Part shown: piece after piece, positions 13,173 through 27,333 of the stretch | Layout of the letters: the number at the start of each line of letters is the position of its first letter | Numbering within the stretch: position 1 is the stretch's first letter | Assembly: GCA_002104945.1 (NCBI GenBank) | Contig: MCFH01000045.1 | Coordinates: forward strand, 186,001 to 250,000 | Length of the DNA: 64,000 bases | Reading direction: 5' to 3' | Origin: Piromyces finnis finn | Taxonomy: Eukaryota; Fungi; Neocallimastigomycota | Made by a program: the position numbers and the translations under genes | Notes under the pieces: generated by a model | The model's database searches: none | Told to the model about the DNA's origin: nothing | Seen by the model: only the letters and a program-made list of their open reading frames with translations

Positions 13173-13988
13173 TAAGTTTAAATAATTCATTATTGTTATG
13201 TATATTATTATTAAAGCATAAAATGATATTAATAATTTTTATTATTTATATTATTCTTTTTTTAAACTAATATTAATAATTAGATGATGAAAAAGGATTA
13301 TCACAATCTTCTTCTGAAGCAACATTAACAAATCAAAACTCTTCTGATTCTATTGGAAAACTATCCTTAAATTCATGTAAATATAAAAATTTATAAAGAT
13401 ATTAATTTAAATTTATTCATTTATTAACTAATATATATATCTATTTATTTATTCAAAATAGCATTTGTTCCATTACCTGCCATTGAACCAAAAACAACTT
13501 TAAAATCCATTTCTTTTGAAATTCCATTAGATGAAAGTATGATATGTAAAACTGTAAGACCAAGTTTCAAAGGAAGTTTACCTAAATTACACATATCACA
13601 AGATGAACTTAAGAGAAAGATAGGAAATGTAGATTCAAAGTGGAAAGTAAGAATTATAATAAAGGAAATAATATATATAATATATTATAATAATAGAAAT
13701 CTAACATCAAATTCTTAAAATATCTAGGATATGAATGTAAACAGAAATGGTTATAAGAAGAAAGGTCCAGTTGATGAAGAAAAATTAAAGGCATTGAAAA
13801 AGCGTTTATTAGAAAAGGAAGCTGAAGCTGCTTTGAATCGTCAAAGAGAATTAGATAAATTAAAGGCAAAACTTGAAAAAGCTCAAAAGCATGCATTAAA
13901 GGTTCAAGAAAGAAAACGTAAATTAGAAGCAGAATGGATCTCTAAGAGTAAAAGCAATTTAGAAATGACATCTAATGTTAATTACTAA
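12312..13988 (+). CDS. N-myristoylated/palmitoylated protein with a C-terminal stathmin-like domain (STMND1-like), 4-5 exons
   Basis: Starts MGCGASK. Exon 1 ends at 12828 (GTAAGT). Later exons give ...KSISFEIPLDE...SLPKLHISQDELKRKIGNVDSKWK|DMNVNRNGYKKKGPVDEEKLKALKKRLLEKEAEAALNRQRELDKLKAKLEKAQKHALKVQERKRKLEAE...NY*. A possible micro-exon near 13042-13087 is uncertain. Confidence 0.7.
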
Positions 13989-14749
13989 TTATATCTTATT
14001 ATATATTAATTTATACATATTCATTCTCATAAATATATTTCTCAATTTATTTTAACTTTTTTTTTATATTTAAATGTTCAATTACAATAATTCTTTAATC
14101 ACTGATATTTATTAGTTTCAATATGCAATTTTTTTATATCATCATTTTTTTTTCAATAATTTTTAATTACATTTTTTAGTATTAATAATTTGTATTTCAT
14201 TTTAATGCATTTTTAATTCAATTTTTTTTTGTATCTTGTTTTTTAAAGTAATTTTAATAATTCATAAATTGAATAATTATTAATAACAATTTGAGTTTAA
14301 CTTATATTTGATCTATTTATGGTTATTACACATTATTTAACTATATTATAAAAAGTATAGTTTAAATAATTGAAATAGATTTAATAAATAAAAAGATAAA
14401 ATATTATTACATTTGTAATTAATATAAAATAAAAAAATTTGTAAATTTTGATATGAAATGTAGTTTATTCTTTTTTGAAAAAATATTTATATTCATTTAA
14501 TTGAGGCTTTAATTTTGTCGTATTAAATAAAAAAAACAATTTTTATATAAAACTTATATATAATAAAATGGTTTTAATTAATGAGGTGTTGTGTTATAGT
14601 ACTTTTTTTTTTTTTTCTTCTGAAATACACCATACAACTATTAATATATATAACGTATAATGATAATTTTAATATATTATATATAACGTTTTCTCCTTTT
14701 AAATAAATTATAAAATGTAAAGTGTAAACTAGATGCTATTTTTCAAGTT

Positions 14750-15518
14750 AAAAAGAGTATACAATAATAATAATAACAATAGTAATAATAACAATAGTAA
14801 TAATAACAATAGTAGTAATAGTAATAATAGAAATAGTAATAATAACAATAGTAGTAATAGAAATAATAATATTAATAATGATAGCAATAGTGAAGATAAT
14901 AATTCTAATTTAGATAGTAATTTAGTTAATGATAGTAATAGTTCTAATAATCCGGTGAATATTAATGTGTATGATTATTCTAGTGTGTGCAGTAAAATAT
15001 TTAAATTCCTTCTTGGGGGAAGAAGTTTTAACAATATTAATTACAATTCAAGGGAATGGAAAGAACTTTGTAAGCGTCAGATTCAATCTGGTACTAATGA
15101 AGGAGCACCATTCTTGACGGTAACCGCGGAACTTCTAACCAAAATCATGCCTTTTGCTATTGGCCAGCAATGGTCAATGTTCAAAAGGTTTGAAGCAACA
15201 TCCAAGAGCGTCAATGCTGAAGAAACAGTAAGACAGGCCAGGAGGGCCAGCGCAACCAATGGAGATCATAATTTTGTTCCATGACAAAATTTTGATCTTT
15301 GGCTCGGTGTCCCATTGGAAGTCAAATACAATTATTATACTTTAGTATGATAGTGGCTTTCTTACTTTAATTAAAATTACTAGAATACATTATACCCAAT
15401 TTTTATTCATTTGTGTTTATTTAAACATATTTTTTTTATTTTTATTTATTTTTAATTTTTTATTACATGTATTATAATTTTAATTAAATTAATAATAAAG
15501 TTTATAATATTTGATGCC

Positions 15519-15573
<55 letters not shown>

Positions 15574-15577
15574 TATA
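14750..15577 (+). mobile_element. 5'-truncated retroposed insertion (processed pseudogene or non-LTR element) with polyA tail and 12-bp target-site duplication
   Basis: AAAAAGAGTATA at 14750-14761, preceded by TT, recurs at 15566-15577. A 49-nt A run spans 15522-15570, with AATAAA at 15494-15499. The interior is intronless, GC-richer coding-like sequence with an in-frame TGA at 15282-15284. Confidence 0.72.
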
Positions 15578-16673
15578 GATTAAGGTTTTAGGTGTATTAT
15601 AATATAGTATTCTTTGAACAGATTATTTTTTATATAATCACACTTAAAATTTTAATTTTTTATAAATATATATATACTATTTAAAATTAAAAATCAATGT
15701 GTATTAAAAATTTAATACATAAACCCACAATAAAAATAAAAAAAGAAAAGGAAAAAAAAAAAGATATAATAAAAAAAAGAAATTCTATTGATATATATTA
15801 GATAAATACAAGCAATTTTGTTTTTTTATTATTCGTAAAAGAACATGTTTCACTTTTTTTTTAATATATAATAATTTTTTACAAAAATGTAGAGTATATA
15901 TTATAAATGTTAATATATTTATTTAACAACATATTCTTCTTAATCTTTTTGTAGAATTATTAAAGAACACAATAATATAACAATAATGACAATAATAAAA
16001 AAAGAACATAAAATATTAAGAAACAATTATTATTTTCTTTTTTTATTTTGATTTACTAAAAATATTTATTTACCAAAAAATTTAAAAAATTTTCTTTTTA
16101 ATTATAGGATTTATTTTTTTTTTTAAAAAAATTAATTAATATATAAATTAATTTTTTATATATTAAAATTAAAATTCGTAAAAGTTATTGGTAAAGGAAA
16201 AGAAATAAAAACTCGAGAATTTTTTAAAACTTATTGGTATATATAAAGGAAAAAAAAAAAAAAACCTTTTAAAAAATAAATATTAAATACCGTTATATTA
16301 TTTAATGATACTTATTAAGCATTCTCAAATTAAAGACTTTTCAATTATATAAATTGAATGATGTTATTTCTAACATCAACACTATTATAACAATAAATAT
16401 TCTTAAGAGTTTATTTCATCATTTCATTTCATTTCTATTCAGTTTAACATTACAATATTCATTAAATAAGCTATTCATTATTCTATTATTAAATTGTTTT
16501 CGATTTTTTTTAAATAATATAAACATTTAATTTTAAAATAATACAATTACAATATAACATTCTTTTTTTTTTTTTTATATAATTGACAATTGGTATTGAT
16601 TATAATTTTTTCAATATTGTAAGACTTCTAATTGTATTATTAAATTAAATTTTAATTGAATAAAAATAACAAG

Positions 16674-19600
16674 ATGTCTATTGCAGCAGTTGCACATGAG
16701 TAATTTATCTTTTTTTTTTTTTCATTAAAAGAAAAATTGTCTAATATATCGTATTAATTATTATTATTATCATTATTATCATTATCATTATTATCATTAT
16801 TAGATATATTTATGGTATTAACTATAATATCAATTCAAACGCACTTTTTTCAACAAATGACGAAATTTTATTTGTAACGGGAACTTGTATTATCCGATAT
16901 GATATTAATAAAAAAAAACAATTTTTCTTGATGGGAAGTCAAGAATGCATTGAAATTTCAGCTTTATGCATTTCAAATAATAAAAGATTTTTAACTTTTG
17001 CAGAAATTACTGATACTATTATTCATATTGTTGTATATGATCTACGATTAATGGTTATTGTTAAAAATATCCCTTTAGAAAAGTTACCAAAGAACACAGT
17101 AATAATAATTATATTAATTTAAAATATATAAATTAAAAAATTTTATTTAAATAATCATATAATATTAATTAACATGAATATATATATATTAATAAAAAAT
17201 TATAAAAATATAAAAGAGAGTAATGATAATAAGATTTTCAGATGATGATAAATACCTATATATTCAAACAGGTGCTCCAGATTGGAAAATTTATCAATAT
17301 AAGTTAGATAAAGCAGTATTAACTATGGTGATTAATAATATGCCACCGTCATATCATCCAAATCTTCTTGATGATCCAAATTACAATGATAATGATTATT
17401 TATATGAAATGAGTATTAACAAGGATCCTAAATTTCTTGTTTCTGTGGTTGGAAAAGGATATTTAAGAGTCTTTAGTTTTAAAAAGGGATCCTATGATTA
17501 TATTGATATATCTAGACCTGATAAACCAACTGTAATGCCAATTAATAAATTATATATAAATAGTAATTTAATAATATATAAATATTCATAATAAATTAAA
17601 TAAATATATTCATTTCTTTTTAGGAATATCTATGCCATTGTTGGTTGAATAATTATTTATTAATGGCTGGTTCAAAAGAGGGAAGAGTTGATGTATTTAA
17701 TTTTTCAGGAACCTTTATAAGTTCATTAGATAATGCTCATGATACTATTGAAACTGATGATAATCCTGTAAACTCAATTTGTACATTAAAAGAAGGTTTT
17801 GCTTTAACTGGAAAAAATATTGTAACTATTTATAAATTAAACAGTTTAGGTTCATTTGATATTAAAAGTGATAGCATAAAAGAATTAAATACTAATAAAG
17901 TCATGTTTTCATCAAATAACTACAAAATTCTAAAAAAATTAAAATTAACAAATGATAATACTATTAATGTTAGCGGTTTAGTAAAAAATCAATCTGAAGA
18001 TGAACTAGTTTGTTACGCATCAAATAATCAACTCTTTTTTATTGATTTATATAAATGTGAAGAAAGTGCATTAGTAAATATCATTATAATATAAATATTA
18101 TAATGTATTATATAATATATTATAAAAATATATTAAATTATTAATATTTTTTTTTTTTTTTTGAAAAAAGAATGATTTAGATGAAGGTGGTAATGAAGAT
18201 AATCATTATTTATTTTCACAACTTTCATTATCATATCATACACAAGGTATATCAGCTCTTGATATTTGTGCAAGAAAAAGTTTAATAGCTACATGTAGTA
18301 AAGATCATTCTTTACGTATATGGAATTATATTGATAATAATGTTGAATTAATAAAATATTTCCAGGAAGAAGCATATTGCCTAAGTATTCATCCAAGTGG
18401 ATTATATATTATTGTTGGATTTAATGATAAACTAAGATTTATGAATATATTGGTTGATGATATAAGAACCTTCAAAGAATTTAATATAAGAAATTGTAGA
18501 GAGGTAAGATTATAAAATAATACAATTAATTTAAATATTGAGTCATTAGTATTATTAATGCTTATTATCATTTAATGGGTATATAACATAATACAATGAT
18601 TATTCAATATAACATATACAGTGTAAATTTAGTAATGGAGGACAATACTTTGCGGCAGTATGTGGTAATGATATTCATGTATATTCTACTTGGTCATTTG
18701 AACTTTTAACTGTTATGACAGGTCATAATGGAAAAATTAATTCTGTTAAATGGAGTAAAGATGATACAAAAATGGTATCATGTGGTAAAGATGGTGCTGT
18801 ATACCTTTGGTCAGTAGAAAATTCTTCAAAGAGAAGAGAAGGTGAACATGTACTTAAAAATTGTGATTATACATGTGCGGTATTGGCCCATAATAATTCA
18901 AGTATTTATGTTGTCGGTTCTGATAAAGCTTTAAAAGAAATAGAAGACTCTCAAGTAACTAGAGAAATGAATACTAAAGAAGTTTACACACAAGTAAGTT
19001 GATAATATATTAAATATAACATCAATTATTTTATATTAATGTTTATTATATTATATGTCATATTATTATTGCTATATATTTATTTAATCATATATTATTA
19101 AATAAAGATTATCCTCTCTAATTCCGGAAAAATGTTATTTGCAGGTATATTTTTATTATATTATGTTTATGTATTATAATAATATTATTTTCTCATTCAT
19201 TTATTTTTATAAATAATTATCAAGGTACAAGCAGAGGTACAATTCGTGCTATAAGATATCCATTTAATTCTATTACTGAAGTTGAATATAGAGAACATAA
19301 AGCTCATTCAAAGGCAGTGACAGCCCTTCAAATTTCATGTGATGATAAATATCTATTTAGTGCTGGTGAAGATGGAAATATATTTATTTTTCAAATTAAT
19401 GAAAGAGAGGATAAACATAAAATAAATATAAGTTATGGTAATGAAATGTTAATTACAAAAACAGAATTAGAGGAAAAAATATCCAAAATTATTGAATTAA
19501 AAACTCGTCTAGAGGAATTAAAATTAGAAAGAGATTATCAACTAAGAAATAATGATGTTGATTTTAATAAAGAACAAAATACTCTTATAAAAGAACATCG

Positions 19601-21619
19601 TGGTAAATTAGAATATTTAAATAATGAAAATAAAAACTTAAAGAATTTGATTGAATATGAAAGAGAAAAGCATGAAGAAAAATTTGCTAAAGAAATAGAG
19701 AATTATGAAAAAACTATTCAGGTAAGTCACCCTTTATTTTTTAAAAAAAAATAAAAAAGATTAATTATTATTAAATTAATAATTAAAAAAAATACTAATT
19801 AAATATAAAAAATAAAATGACAATAAAAATAGGAATTAGAAAGTCTAAATAATTATAAATTAATGAGTAAATATAAAAAATATGAGCAATTAGAAAGAGA
19901 ATTAGCAAAAATACAATCTAAATGGGAAAAAGAAGTTAAAGAACTTAATTCTAAAAATTTTGCAGAATTAGAAAAGATATCTATGAGTAATGATAAAATA
20001 TTGAATGAAAAAGAGGAAGATATAAATAGTGTATGTTTCTTTTTTTAATTAATTAAAAAAAAAGATTGATTTAAAAGTCTGATTTATTTATTATTATCTA
20101 TATTATAATATTAATAATTTTTAATTTCTTATTATTTTTCATATATATTAGTTAAAGGAAAGATTATATAAACAAAATAAAGAAAATGATGAAATTATGA
20201 TACAAACAAAAGAAGATTCTGAGATTGAAATTGAAAACATAAAAAAGAAATATGATGATATTATTAAAGGGCAAAAAGAAACAGCAGCATATATGAAAGG
20301 AGAAAATGGAATTATGAAAAAGAAATTTACCTCATTTTATGCCGAAATTGAAACACATAAAGCGGAATTGGAAAGAATACAAGCTGAATGTCGTCGTTTG
20401 AAAGATATTATTTCAAAAATGGAAAAAAATATTGCAAGTGTTAATCGTGAAGTAAGTTTTAATATTTTTTTTTTAAAAAAAAAGGGATATAATACCAAAA
20501 AAAATATAATGTATGTTTAATTTTATATTGATTCCTTTTTTTTTATATTTTAAATAGATATTAGTAAGAGAAGAAATGGTACATGATAAAGAAAAAAATA
20601 TTTTCGATTTAAAAAAGGAAAATCAAGAATTAGAAAAATACAAATATGTATTAGATTATAAGATTAAAGAATTAAAAACACAGATTGAACCAAGAGAACA
20701 TGAAATAGATGAAATTTCTGAAAAAATCATTGTAAGTATTTTAAATATAATTGATTTTTTTACTTTCGTATGAATAATGTCTCATTTTTATTATTATACT
20801 ACAAAAAAAATGAAATTTTACTTTTTTTTTATAGGAATTGGATGAAGATTTGCAAATATTTAAAAAGAAAAATCAGAATTTTGAAGAATCTATTGAAGAA
20901 ATCAAAGAAAAAATCAAAAATCTTATTCGTATGATTGATAAAGAAAAGGTTACTATAAGGTCTTATCTTTCAATCGTAACTAAATTTAGAGTTAGTCTTA
21001 ATTGTTTAGTAAATGTTATTCTTGAACCAAAGTTATTAAAGGTATGATATTATTTCTATATTTTTAAATTAAATTACCTCAGGGTATTATGATATAATAA
21101 TTACTAAAATAAAATTTTTTATTATTTGATAAAATATTATTTAATTAGAAAACTTTTGAAAAAATATATAAACAATTTTTGGAATATGTAAAAGATCTTG
21201 AAGAGGAAGATAAAATGGATGAAAATACTAAAATGGAAATATTAAGACAACAAAATACTATGATGCGTCAAATTAAAAAATATAAAGGTCAAATCATTGA
21301 GGAAGAAAAACAAAGTAATAAAGAATTAACATCAATGTTAAATAACAATATTGATTTAATTAGGTATATATGTTTTGAAATAAAAATTCAATCTTTATTT
21401 CTTTTTTAAAAATTAAATATATAATAATGATTTTTTTTTTTTAACTTGTTTATTTTTAATAAATATAATAGTGAGTTAAGTAATCTTTTATGTCAAGTTA
21501 AAATTGAAAGACTACGTTACACAAATACTCAGAGAACTTTAAAAAGAGTAATGTTAATTGCTCAACAAGTCGAAAAAAGAGAAAATAATATGCATAAATA
21601 CAAACAATATTATGTTTAA
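16674..21619 (+). CDS. CFAP57: Cilia- and flagella-associated protein 57 (WD40 repeats plus long coiled coil), many exons
   Basis: [13 protein letters not shown]..., [77 protein letters not shown] and [24 protein letters not shown] match CFAP57/WDR65 as recalled. Last exon ends at TAA 21617-21619. Confidence 0.92.
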
Positions 21620-22052
21620 TTTTAAATATAACAATTTATAGATATAACAATTTTTCATATATATATAATACAAGTATTCTATTAAAATACTTTTTATTTT
21701 TATCATACTTTTAAAAAATATTTACATTTACATTATTTTTTATATTTTACAAATTATAATATTATATCGATTACAATAACAATCATAATTATGTATTTTA
21801 TTCATTATTTTTGTATATTTACTTTAGCACGTTTTTTTTTGTATTTCTTTATAAAATTTATTTTAATTTTTTGTCATGGATTCATTCATTTAAAATTTAA
21901 AAAAAAAAAAAAAAAAAAATCATCGATAGTCAAAATACAAATCTATTTCTTTTTTTTTTTATTATTATTTAAAATATAAAAAAAATGGTATTTAAAAAAT
22001 AATAAAATTGAATAAAGAAAAAAAAAAATTGATAAAAAATAATATTTTTCTT

Positions 22053-23448
22053 TTATAAAATAAAATATTTATTTTGGTTAATATATATTTTTGATGATGC
22101 TTGAAGCTAATGATTTTCAGAGTAGAAATGATATTGGTATAATATAGTATAATAAATATTAATAATTAATAATTATTATATGTATATATTATATATATAT
22201 ATATTATAAAAAAATAAAAAAAAAAAAAAAAAATACATTTTGTAAACTTTGATTTAAGTCTTCATTTGGTATATTAAGTTTTTTATGAATACTATCAAAG
22301 GATAAACCATTTGGATATTTCTTTAGCAATTCAAATATTTGATTCTCGCTTTCTCTAAACGACGATTCTATGTCTTTTTAAAATTAAATAAAATAGTTAA
22401 ATATTAGTAATAATATTCATTACATAATTTTTTGAAAAAAATCTCTTTGTTTAATCAATGGCTTACTAGTTATATCTTCAAAATCATATATAGAATTATC
22501 AAAATCTGAATAGTTATCCGAATCATTATTTTCTTCTTTCTCTTCTTCTAGTTTTCTCTTTTTTGGATTTACTTGACCTGGATATGTAGATAATTTTATA
22601 TCATTAACATCATCTTCGTCTTCTAACATAATAGAAGTTACTTTTTTAGGTTTATGTATTCCTGAAAAATAATTTTCTTTATATAGTTTTATTATTTCTA
22701 GTGATCTTAATATTTCATATATAGGATCATTTTTTATATTGAAACTTTATTATTATTATTATTAAAATATATATATTCAAGAATTTTGTTTTATTAACTT
22801 ATTTTTAAAATTTGAACATTTCAAAATTATTTTTATTTTATTTACCTTTTCCCTTCAATATATCTTTCTATTTTATTTATACTTTTATTATGAATTTCTT
22901 TTAGACATCCTAGAACTTCTAATTGACAACCGCTATGAATTATATTTAGTTTATTAGAATATAAACCATTGATAGGTAATTTAACAGAAATACATCCAGT
23001 TGAATCATCTTTTAATTTATATTTATAAGTAATAATATATATATATATATATATTAACATCATTATTATTTTTTAATTTGAAATTTAGATTTAAAGATAA
23101 GAAATGAAATGTAGAAATTATTTTTATAATTTAAATTTGGCTTAATTGAAATTTCTTTATAATATATAAAATTATATCATAGTACAGTTTTATTTTCTTT
23201 AGGAAAAAATAAAGAAAATTACCTATCCATAGGGTATCTTCATTTATATCAGTGACTAAACCTAATATTCTTATAAATTGAAAATTAAATTTTGGATTTC
23301 CAATTTGAAAAATTTGATGTTCTTTATTGTGTAAAATAGTAATTTCCGGTGATAGTATATCATGTATAAATAACATTCTATGAGTTTTCAGTTCTTCGTA
23401 TTCATACTCTTTAATACTAAAAGTTTCGCTATTTGTAGCTTTTAACAT
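22053..23448 (-). CDS. STN1: OB-fold plus winged-helix ssDNA-binding protein, STN1-like (RPA2/STN1 family), about 5 exons
   Basis: THRMLFIHDIL, FIRILGLVTD, WI|DDSTGCISV (OB fold), DPIYEILRSLEIIKLYKENY, and a C-terminal wH QIFELLKKYPNGLSFDSIHKKLNIPNEDLNQSLQN|LQASSKIYINQNKYFIL*. Confidence 0.62.
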
Positions 23449-24195
23449 TATAATTTTTGTATTTAGAATAATTTTAAGAATTAAATTTTTTTTTTTTCTT
23501 TTTTTTTTTTTTTAAAAAAAAATAGTGACAATAATTTTTTTTAATATATTTGTGTAATCAAATTTTAAATTCAAAATATAGTTTGAAATTTTAAAAAATA
23601 AAATTTTAAAAATTTTTTAATATACAAAAAAGAATTATTATTAAATTTTTGGGAATGAAAAAAATACAAAATCCACAAAAAGTACTATCAAAGTAAAATA
23701 TTTTGTTATAAACTATATGCATATTTTCTTAATTTTTTAATTATATTAAACTACAAGTGTGAAAGTATATCTAATACTAAAAAAAATCTATTTAAAAGAA
23801 AAAAAAAATCTCGAATTAAAAATAAAAGTGAAATGAAATTAAAAAAACACATTAAATTTATTTCTTTTCTACAAAAAAGAATAGCTAAAAAAATAGCAAT
23901 TATAGAAATTTATGCAAATCTGTATATGAATTTTAATAATATTTTTATAATTTATAATTTATTTTTTTTACTAAAAATTAATAAATAAAAAGTATATTTA
24001 CAAGATAAATTTAATAATAGATTTAATAGATATAGAAAAGTATAAATAAAAAATTTCTTTTCTCTTGTTTTTTTTTTTAATTACTTAAAGGTTATAGATA
24101 TTTAATCGAATATGAAAAGAAAAGAATAATTATCTTTATAATGTATGAAAATTAGAGAGTCATGGTTTGCATAATTTATGAATATTTATATTCAT

Positions 24196-27100
24196 TTAGT
24201 ATAAACATTTTCTAATACTATTCATGTAAAATTCAAGTGCTACTTTGGTTTGCTTCCAGGTAGTGGATTTTCCAAATTCATAAATAGGTGTATTTTCTTT
24301 ATTATCTTTAATTTCTAATTCTTTAGACCTAGCATTCTTCTTTTTTCTGCTATTTTTCTTCGTGGAAACTTTTTGTTGTATATACTCTTCCATCGAATAA
24401 ATAACAGCTGTATAGTCTAGTCTTGGTGATGCATAATGTTTTAAATTAATTGCTTCTGCATCTTCATCATTTACTGGGAATAGTTTGTTAAGAAGAGCTT
24501 TGCAATTTACTGGGTTGAATGGTATCTTTTGCAATTCTAAATTAAATATTTGCTTTTTTAATAATAAGTAAGCATTTTCAAAACGTTTTTCAATTTTAGT
24601 TTCTAATGATGAATCAATAGAAAAGGAATCTAATTCATGAATGGTATCATTGTTGGAAATTTCCATACTATCATTACAAATATTGTAGCTTTGAGGATTT
24701 GAATTAGAATAGGTTTCGTTAGAATTTTTATCATTTATTGACGGCTTAAAACTTTTTCCATCTTTTGATAATGAATGATTCGATTCTTTTATATCTAATT
24801 TTTTAAGAGTATCGAATATATTTGATCTTCTTTTAATCTCTAAAGTTTCAATCCAGAGTAAAAGGTTTTCATAATGTGTCTGAGATGGTTCATTATCTTT
24901 CAAAGAGTTAATCAAAGTTTGTGAATAACTAAATAGAAGGTGTGGTGTAGGTGAATGAAGTTGATTTGGTTTTGACGTTAAGGGAATTAACGAATTAATG
25001 AGGGTTAAATTCTCAAATGAAGGTTCAACATTTTTAGCAATACAGCGATATTTGAATATCCAATCAAATACTTCTTGTACAACTTTCTCATTATTATTAA
25101 ATGATGAGTTTTCTATAGAGTCTGTAAATTTCATGATTGGTTTAATTTCGGAATCTACAGAATCTGTACTTGAAGAAAATGATGAATTATTACTATCTAA
25201 ATTATTTTCAGTATCATCATTTGAATAAAATATATTTGAATTAAAATCATCATTATTTTTATTTTTATTACATATTAGTTGATCAATTTCATCATGACGC
25301 TTTTTTTCATCAATGGAAAACGTAAATCCCATATCTTTACTATTTTTGTCATTATTAGTAATATTACTACTTTCACTTTCTTTATCTATACTATTATTAT
25401 TTACATTATATTTTTTTCCTGAGGTTGAGCGAATACTATTTCTTTGATTTTTTTTAATAAGCTCTACCAAAGACATATCATCATCATTATTATCAGTACT
25501 GTTTTCCTCTGTTATCATGGTATTTGAATGTTTATTATTTTGTTCTTGATCCTGTATATTACATGATTGATCATTTAATTTAATTCCATTTTCATTATTA
25601 TCAGAATTGGTCATATTATCAATTTTTGATGATTCGTTTTTATTTTCTTCCATATCATCAGATATCTTATCTATGCTCCATTTTTTATCTTCTTCATTCT
25701 TTTTTTTATTTTTAATGTTTTTTTGACTTTTTACCTTTATTACCTTTTCTTTTTTTATATTACTTTCATTTTCATAACTACTTTGTATAATTTCTTCGTC
25801 ATTTTTATTAATTTCATTTACTAGCGAGTGATATTTAGTTGAAGAAGTATTGGTTTTTGGTTTAACCAATCGACTAACCTTATTTTTTAAAGGACTATCT
25901 ATTAAATCATCACTGTCAGATTCATTTAAATTATTTCTTATATCATTTAAATCCAATAATTTATTTTTAAGTGTATTTATAGGCGTTTCATTAATATCAT
26001 CTTTTAATTCAAAGTTATTTTGTTTAATAGTTGGCTCATCAATGTCTTTTTTAAATTCAAAATTTATTTTATTTGTTTCTAATTTATTCGGATCATCCAT
26101 TTTTACTTCTGGACTTAAGATAAGTTGATTATGACCACTTTCGTAATCTGAAATTAAACTATCACTTTTAATACTATCATCATTTTGAGTATATAATTCT
26201 TCTCGATCACTAATTAATTCATCAATAATACCACCCATATTATTATGAACAATATTTTTATCTGACGTATCATCATCTTCTTCAATCAAATTTTCACTTA
26301 TTATGATATCATTAATTGATTGTTTTATATTGATATCATCTTTAATACTAATATCATGATTAATAATAGAGTTATTCATATTTTCATTACTATCGTTCTG
26401 TGATTTTTCACTATCTATGAGCTCTTCTTTTTCATAATTTTCTTCTACTTTATCTTCATCTTCAATTTCCTTTGTCTTGTTATCATCCTTATCTTTATCC
26501 ATTTTTTTATTGATAGATTTTATATTGTCTTTTTTAACATTATTATCCTCAATTTTAATCTTTTTAATTTTATCATTTTCACTGTCTTCTTTGATATTAT
26601 TATTTTTATTACTATCATTCAAATCTAAGGATGATTTTTCCATTTTTCTATTAATTCTTTTATTATTTTTCTTTTTATTTCTATTTTTATTTATATTATT
26701 TCCTTTATTTTTAATATTATTTTTATTATTTTCAACTTCCAAAAGAGCAATTGAAGTAGCATTATTGATTTCTTCTTCACTGATGATCGAACTTAAATTT
26801 ATTGGATTATCCATATCATAATTTGTTTCACTAGAAATTGAAATTTGGGTATCATTATTATCATTATTATCGTCATTAATTATAATTATACTATTATCAC
26901 TATCAGAACTAGGTATAAGAATTTCTTTTTTATTATTATTATTATTTAATTTATTACTTTTCTCGTTCTTTATTATATTTGTGTTACTATTATTTATTAT
27001 ATATCCTTTATTTTTATTATTATTTATATTATTATTATTATTATTTTCATCACTATTATTATTATTGTTATTGTCGTTATTATTACTGTTATTGTTATTT

Positions 27101-27302
27101 GAAATATTTTTATTATTAATTTTCGTTTTATTGCTATTTACTTTTTTGAGGGTATCAATTATTTTTGGAACTTGTTTTTCTTTATATTTATTTTCCTGAA
27201 TAGATTTATCAATATCTTTATTCTTTTTGTTTTTCTTTTTGTTCTTCTTTTTATTTTTTCTCTCGTTTGGAACATTGATATTATCATTACTATTATTATC
27301 AG

Positions 27303-27333
<31 letters not shown>

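Noticed and set aside
14733-15284. 183-aa ORF as a bona fide gene
   Set aside because: Its ATG lies outside the TSD-bounded insertion, and coding-like sequence continues past the stop. It is better explained as a chimeric read-in to a retro-insertion.
21470-21619. CFAP57 C-terminus appears shorter than in animals
   Set aside because: The distal coiled coil is variable in this family, and additional small exons cannot be excluded.
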